IMG/VR virus record: IMGVR_UViG_3300031992_000044
Length of the DNA stretch: 64,000 nucleotides
Strand: one strand, 5' to 3'
From: a virus
Part shown: piece by piece, positions 58,725-64,000 of the stretch
Layout: every line of letters begins with the position of its first letter
Numbering within the stretch: position 1 is the stretch's first letter
Made by a program: the position numbers and the translations under genes
Notes under the pieces: model-generated
Seen by the model: the letters and a program-made list of their open reading frames with translations, nothing else
Databases searched by the model: none
Told to the model about the DNA's origin: nothing

Positions 58725-60095
58725 ATGAGAAAAATAAGAATAGGTAACGATATTAGGCTTATTCTGAATATCAATACGACATCTACTATCATCGAAGATG
58801 ATGGTACGCAGTATAACATTACTGTGAACGATTTAGATATGACTAATATCAAACAAGTAAGGTGTTACTTAATTAACACCTCTAAGGAGGAAGATCGGAA
58901 GAAGTTTAAACGTGTTGGTTTCCCAGAATTCTATAATCCTACAGCATATAATATAAATAATGCAGGATTCCCTAGTTATCATATGGAGCCAGCAAATGTT
59001 TGTAACTACGATAGATTTGCTCCAGATTTTCACGATTTTCATTGGTGGCCTGGTTTCCGTGGATTCGGTATGTATCCAGAAAGATTCCACGATCATTGCG
59101 GTCATGTACTCTGGCATGGTCCTCATCCAGAACACAATCATTTCCCTGATCATTGGTACCTTGCTGACTCATGGGTATTAAATGAAAAGAATACGCTCGC
59201 ATGCATGTTCCCGGCTATTGATCAGATAATGTGTGGTACATATAAACTTGTTGTAGTAATAACAGTATTCCAAAAAGGTTGGGGTAAACATAATCTTCGT
59301 ACTTATACAATAGACAAAGGTGATATATTCCAACTTGTAGACGAAGGTGGTGAATCCGGTCCAGTAACAATCGATGTTGATACTAAAGGCGATGATAGGA
59401 AGAATATGCCTGAGATAGAAGCTATTTATACTACACAGTTTAGTAATGAATGTTATACTCTTGTTATGGGCCAAGATCTTAGAATAGGTGAACAAGATGT
59501 TAACGAAAGTGAATATCGTATTTACGTCAAGCTTAAGGATGGCAGTACATTACTGTATAATCCTCTTGATTGGAAGTATGATAATCTTAATTTCGAATCT
59601 CCAAGCTGTGCTGTAACAGTAGATAAAAATGGTACTCTACATGCACATTGCTTGACAGATCCTATATGCATCACAGTATCGTACGGAGAAGGTCGTAGTA
59701 AGGTACAGACTTCATTCTGTGTTAAAGTAGATCCTGTCATTCCTTTGTATGTAGGTTTCTCTACAGACGGATCCTTTAACAACATTAGTAAAGATAAAGA
59801 CAACTGGTATAAAGGAGATAGCATTTGGAATGTCAAGAAACGTCAAGCATTAGATGGTGTTATTGATATCCATAATCCGCTTTGTGGAGGTTACCTGTAT
59901 ATCATGTCTCAACGTAAAATAAAATACATTAAGTCTTTTGGAGAAGATATTGTTTCTTCAAGTGTAAGATTTCCTGTAGTTCCTGGCAACAAGAAGGTAG
60001 ACAACTACTTTGTATATCGCAGCGTAGCTCCTATTGTAGGTGGTGGTGCTATTCCTACAGGTAATGATGTTAAATTTAAACTTGTATACGCATGA
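58725..60095 (+). CDS. Hypothetical structural protein, His/Trp-rich segment (456 aa), no TAG
   Basis: ORF-track ORF. Confidence 0.75.
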   Translation: MRKIRIGNDIRLILNINTTSTIIEDDGTQYNITVNDLDMTNIKQVRCYLINTSKEEDRKKFKRVGFPEFYNPTAYNINNAGFPSYHMEPANVCNYDRFAPDFHDFHWWPGFRGFGMYPERFHDHCGHVLWHGPHPEHNHFPDHWYLADSWVLNEKNTLACMFPAIDQIMCGTYKLVVVITVFQKGWGKHNLRTYTIDKGDIFQLVDEGGESGPVTIDVDTKGDDRKNMPEIEAIYTTQFSNECYTLVMGQDLRIGEQDVNESEYRIYVKLKDGSTLLYNPLDWKYDNLNFESPSCAVTVDKNGTLHAHCLTDPICITVSYGEGRSKVQTSFCVKVDPVIPLYVGFSTDGSFNNISKDKDNWYKGDSIWNVKKRQALDGVIDIHNPLCGGYLYIMSQRKIKYIKSFGEDIVSSSVRFPVVPGNKKVDNYFVYRSVAPIVGGGAIPTGNDVKFKLVYA

Positions 60096-60841
60096 ATTGT
60101 AATTGTTGTAACTGTTCAAGTAACAGTGGCTGTGGAGATAACAGCGAAATCAAAATATATGGCACGCTTGTAAATGTTACGATCGACGATAAGTTGAAAG
60201 ATGCTAGAGATGAATAGCATGATCCTTGTAAAGCCAAGAATTGGCCTAGTAACGTAACAGAAGAAGGACATAATGGTGCGCTCGCATATGCTTATCAACT
60301 GCATGACGGTAGATTTAGGCAAGATGATCCAAATATGAAAGAGTGGGAACGTTTTCAAGATGAAATCAACAAACGTGTTACAGATATTATATATGACGAG
60401 ACCGGTGGTAACGTTAGTGACGAGCCGATAACAATCATAGAGAACCCGTTTACGCATGATGATAATGGTAATCTTGTACCAATTGGTGGAGAACCGTATG
60501 ACGATAAGTGGTTGAAGGGTGAGAACACAGACGGTAAGGATGGTATTATAGGGGCAAATCCGGACAACTATGACGATCGTAAGGATGAACTGAAAGCTGT
60601 ACCTCTTTATCCAAATGGTGGTAATACTCCTGTATTTAAAGATAATATTATTGATTTTATCCTTAATCTTGCTGCAGAAGTGAATGATTTAAGAAACAGG
60701 ATCATTGCACTTGAAGACGGTGATACAGATACCTGTTTGTGGACAACTTCTGGAGATGGAATATGCCCAAAGAATAGTAACGCTAAAGTATATAGCGATC
60801 AGGGTTTCTTTGACAGAAGCTTGAATAACCCGCAATCATGA
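60092..60841 (+). CDS. Hypothetical protein with a Cys-rich N-terminus, 1 in-frame TAG (249 aa)
   Basis: ATG 60092 (ATGA overlap) is in frame with track ORF 60335..60841. TAG at 60215. N-terminus MNCNCCNCSSNSGCG. Confidence 0.7.
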
Positions 60842-61245
60842 CGTTATTGTTGAAGAGAATTGCTCTTAGAGATACTTACACAATAGGTAAACTTTACATA
60901 GATGGTATATATTAGTGCGACACAGTAGAAGACAAAGTGCGCAACTTAGACAAAGAAAAGAAAGTATATGGAGAGACAGCTATTCCGTATGGGACATATA
61001 AAGTAAGCTGGACATATTCTCCTAAGTTTAAGAAATATATGCCTCTATTAGAAGATGTGCCACATTTTGCAGGTATACGAATACACTCCGGTAATACAGC
61101 CAAAGATAGTCTTGGCTGTATTATAGTCGGAGAAAATAAGCAAAAAGGAATGGTACTTAACTCTAGAGCTACAGTAAATAAACTATACCCTTTGATTAAG
61201 AAAGGATGTCTTTCTAAAGAAGGATGTAAAATAATAATATAGTAA
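60838..61245 (+). CDS. DUF5675-like putative cell-wall hydrolase, 2 TAG (135 aa)
   Basis: ATG 60838 is in frame with track ORF 60937..61242. The pattern GKLYIDG..C.T.ED...GETAIPYGTYKV...SPKF...LPLL..VP.F.GIRIHSGNT..DS.GCI.VG matches my recollection of DUF5675. Confidence 0.55.
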
Positions 61246-61246
61246 T

Positions 61247-62833
61247 ATGTTAAGAATGATAACTTACGGAGATCTACCAAATGGGGACCCGGGAATGAAT
61301 ACTCTTCTCATAAGTGCAGAAATACCACCAGAGAGATGTGTGTCTAAATACGTTGCTATATATAACGGAACCGACACAGATAAAATGAACGAATTTGCTA
61401 CGGCAAACGGAGGTGTTGATAAATTTCCAGATACCAGACTTGTACCGGTATGGCCAATTGAAGAAAGTAGTTATAGCAAAATGTGTACATATCCATGCGA
61501 CTCTAGTCGTATGAGGGTTGGAAGATAGCAGGGGCAACCGGATAATCCAACAGGAGACGCATATTTAGCTGGTTATGATTATACATTCGAAAATGTTCCA
61601 GATTGGTTAACTATAACTCGTCGCAGTACTACAACATTTCATACAAATGCCGGTTATGTATGGGATGATGGAATAACAATAACAGCGCAAGCTCTTTCTG
61701 ACGGTGAACCTGATAGATATGTTTATATCACAGTAGTCGCTAAAGAGAATAGTGAAACAATGGCTGCGGCTAGAATATATGCGCAACAAAATAATGCATA
61801 GGTTTGTGAAACAGTATGCGAAAAATCTAAAATCCTTATATACCAAAAAGCGCAAGGTGCTACTGGAAAGTAGTTTGTTGGAGTTGATAAATTAACGTTA
61901 ACGGCTACATCATCCACCATAGAAAATAACACGCGAATAAATCTTGCTGCAATATGTACAGAACAAAATTTATCAGGTACATGTTTTGCTAATGGTACAA
62001 TATTAGGTCAATCTGCAGGAGAGTATTCTTCTATTGCACGTGTTTCTGGAACTGGTGTTGAAGTAAACATAGCGCAGATAAGAAGTAAGTTTGATCCGTC
62101 TCGTACAGCAAATGTTACGTTCCTTATATATGGTACATGGGAGGGAGCCGGTAGTACTTCTAGAAAAATACCTGTACCGATAAGAAGTTCTTATAGAGTT
62201 GATGTTTCTGCAAATAGAGAAATAGTTGAAAGTACAAGGATGATATCTTGCGGAAATATGAATATCTTGGAAAACGATATCGATTCTAAGAATCCAGATA
62301 TATCATAGCGTTCTACAATTACACAAAAAGTTGCGGCACGTTGTGCATTAGTTGCAATAATTGGATATAATTTAACAACAGATACAGTCACAGTAACGCT
62401 TGGTAATGATACGGTAGACGGAGGAATATGTCCAATATTCTATCCTACTACATATTCAACAAACGGAACTTCTGGTTAGTTTACTTGGCTTGGAAGCGGA
62501 TCTAGTACATCTCGTTTATTCCAACCTATAAATATGTCTGCATCTGAAGTAACAGTAAACGTTGAATCTACAAATCTTGGAAGCAATACTGCATTTAATA
62601 TTTTAGTTGGTGAAAATTCTGCGTTGGATTCTTATACAGTAAACGGAACCACAATAACTACATCACAAGGTGTGGATATATCTAGCGGGTCATTTACTAT
62701 AGATTTGAGTTCATGCGCTGCAGATACCACACATAGATTTAGATTGCGTCAGATAATACCCGATGTAGATATTAATAGCGGAAACTCTTCTCCAGAATAC
62801 GCCGATATAGCATTTACAATTGTAAACCAATAA
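61247..62833 (+). CDS. Hypothetical protein, 5 in-frame TAG (528 aa)
   Basis: Track ORFs 61247..61528 and 62534..62833 share frame 2. The whole gap was read and contains only TAG. Confidence 0.75.
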
Positions 62834-63372
62834 TGATTAAGCACTTGTCACAAACACTATAGCACATAGGTACTGCGATAAACAGTATAACACAAGGCAG
62901 TATAATCGGTAAATGGGCAGTGGGGTTAATGTCAGCAGTAGCTGCATTTATAACCCCTATATAGTATTTGTTGATGATATGCTTCGCCGCTACTATCGTA
63001 GATATGTTTTGCGGGTTTAGGGTGGCTAGGAAGTTTAAATAGAAGATAGAAAGCGGTAAGAATTGGTCTGGTACGCTTAGAAAGCTTATAGACGAATTTA
63101 CAATACTTTGCTTAGCACATGGCTTAGAATGGGCTGTAATGGATGAGAGTGGAGTATTTGTACTTACCGGAGGTGCCACAGTCATTATTACGTTGACTGA
63201 GATGTGGTCAATATTAGAAAATCTAAATACTGTAGATCCAAACGGTCCTTGGAGGATGCTTGGTAAGTTCCTTAAGAAAAAGGGCGAGGATTATACTGGC
63301 ATAGAATTAGACGAAGATGAACATACTGACGATCATACCGTGGGTCATAAACCACGGAAGAAGCGCCATTAA
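62833..63372 (+). CDS. Holin (phage_holin_4-like), 3 in-frame TAG (179 aa)
   Basis: ATG 62833 (TAATG overlap) is in frame with track ORF 63139..63372. TM segments are present. Motif ITLTEMWSILENL. Basic C-terminal tail. Confidence 0.65.
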
Positions 63373-63976
63373 GGCCATTTGCGTGGCTTCTGTTGCGTTA
63401 TTACTGGCGTGGGGTATAAATACCCACAGACAGAATATAAAGCTGTCACAGGAGCTAGAAATGGCTCAGAACAACATTGAAGCCTATTAGGGGTTGGTTG
63501 CCGACTCCTAGTAGGCTAATAATGTTTTAAGGCTAAACATAAGAGATTTGAAGGACTAGAATGACAATATACTACACAAGCTAGATAGTGTCAGGTCTAA
63601 GTTGAGTATTAAACCAAAACAAGTTTAGGCGGCTGCAACGCAAACGCAGTCTATAAACGTTATAGAGAGTAAGGGGGTAGGGGGTGATATTATATCTATT
63701 AAAGATAGTATATACAACGATACAATAAACTTCAACGACCTTACAACAGTAACTTATAGTATTAGTAAAGATACAGTTAGTATAGGCTTAGATATTAGGA
63801 ATGAGCAATATCTATATGTATTTGATACTAAAAAATATAAGAATAAGAAGAGTTTTATAAAGCGACTACTAACATTTGACTTTAAGAAAGTACATAAGAC
63901 AGAGTATAAGATAGAGAATACGAACGACTTGATTAAGACAACTGATGTAAGAGTAGTACAAAATACAACGAAATGA
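63317..63976 (+). CDS. Spanin-like (Rz-like) protein, 5 in-frame TAG (219 aa); start embedded in the holin 3' end
   Basis: ATG 63317 in frame 2. N-terminal TM AIKAICVASVALLLAWGI followed by a coiled-coil-like region. Read codon by codon to TGA 63974-63976. Includes tandem TAG-TAG at 63509-63514. Confidence 0.55.
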
Positions 63977-64000
63977 ATACAACAAGCCTAAAAGAAATAG
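63973..64000 (+). CDS. Start of the next late gene (truncated by the window end)
   Basis: ATG overlaps the TGA (ATGA). Reads MNTTSLKEI... Confidence 0.3.

Noticed and set aside
1-64000. Integrase, transposase, att sites or other signs that part of the window is an inserted mobile element or prophage junction
   Set aside because: I recognised no recombinase-like ORF. The GC-rich genes at 24821-25794 have their own repeated promoter element but no flanking direct repeats.

Overview
This window is part of a tailed dsDNA phage genome organised like gut Bacteroidota (crAss-like) phages. No similarity search was possible, so family names rest on motifs I read myself.

Layout. Positions 1-28141 are almost all minus-strand genes. 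They include the N-terminal part of a family B DNA polymerase, many small early proteins, an ECF sigma factor with a membrane partner, five to six tRNA or tRNA-like genes and many intrinsic terminators. Positions 28403-64000 form a plus-strand late module:
- a GroES-like protein and dUTPase
- tail fibres, including a BspA-type LRR protein and a 1320-aa fibre with an S74-type C-terminal chaperone domain
- TerL, portal, a lysozyme plus zincin virion protein, scaffold and major capsid protein
- neck and tail proteins and a lysis cassette

Main feature: TAG is a sense codon. In most late genes and three minus-strand genes, the short ORF-track fragments join in one frame across TAG, and never across TAA or TGA. 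No plus-strand gene ends at TAG. A tRNA with anticodon CUA lies at 30567-30641, at the head of the recoded block. Several early genes use TAG as a true stop directly before a terminator, so two decoding regimes coexist.

Second feature: about 5.5 kb lies in ORF-free blocks (5680-7795, 15260-16044, 18099-18935, 21166-22084, 22763-23634). They are hairpin-dense and locally GC-rich, share short motifs, contain isolated tRNA T-arm modules, and some are bounded by terminators. I read them as candidate phage noncoding RNAs of unknown function.

All coordinates of merged recoded genes were checked codon by codon by hand. Gene starts remain less certain than gene ends.
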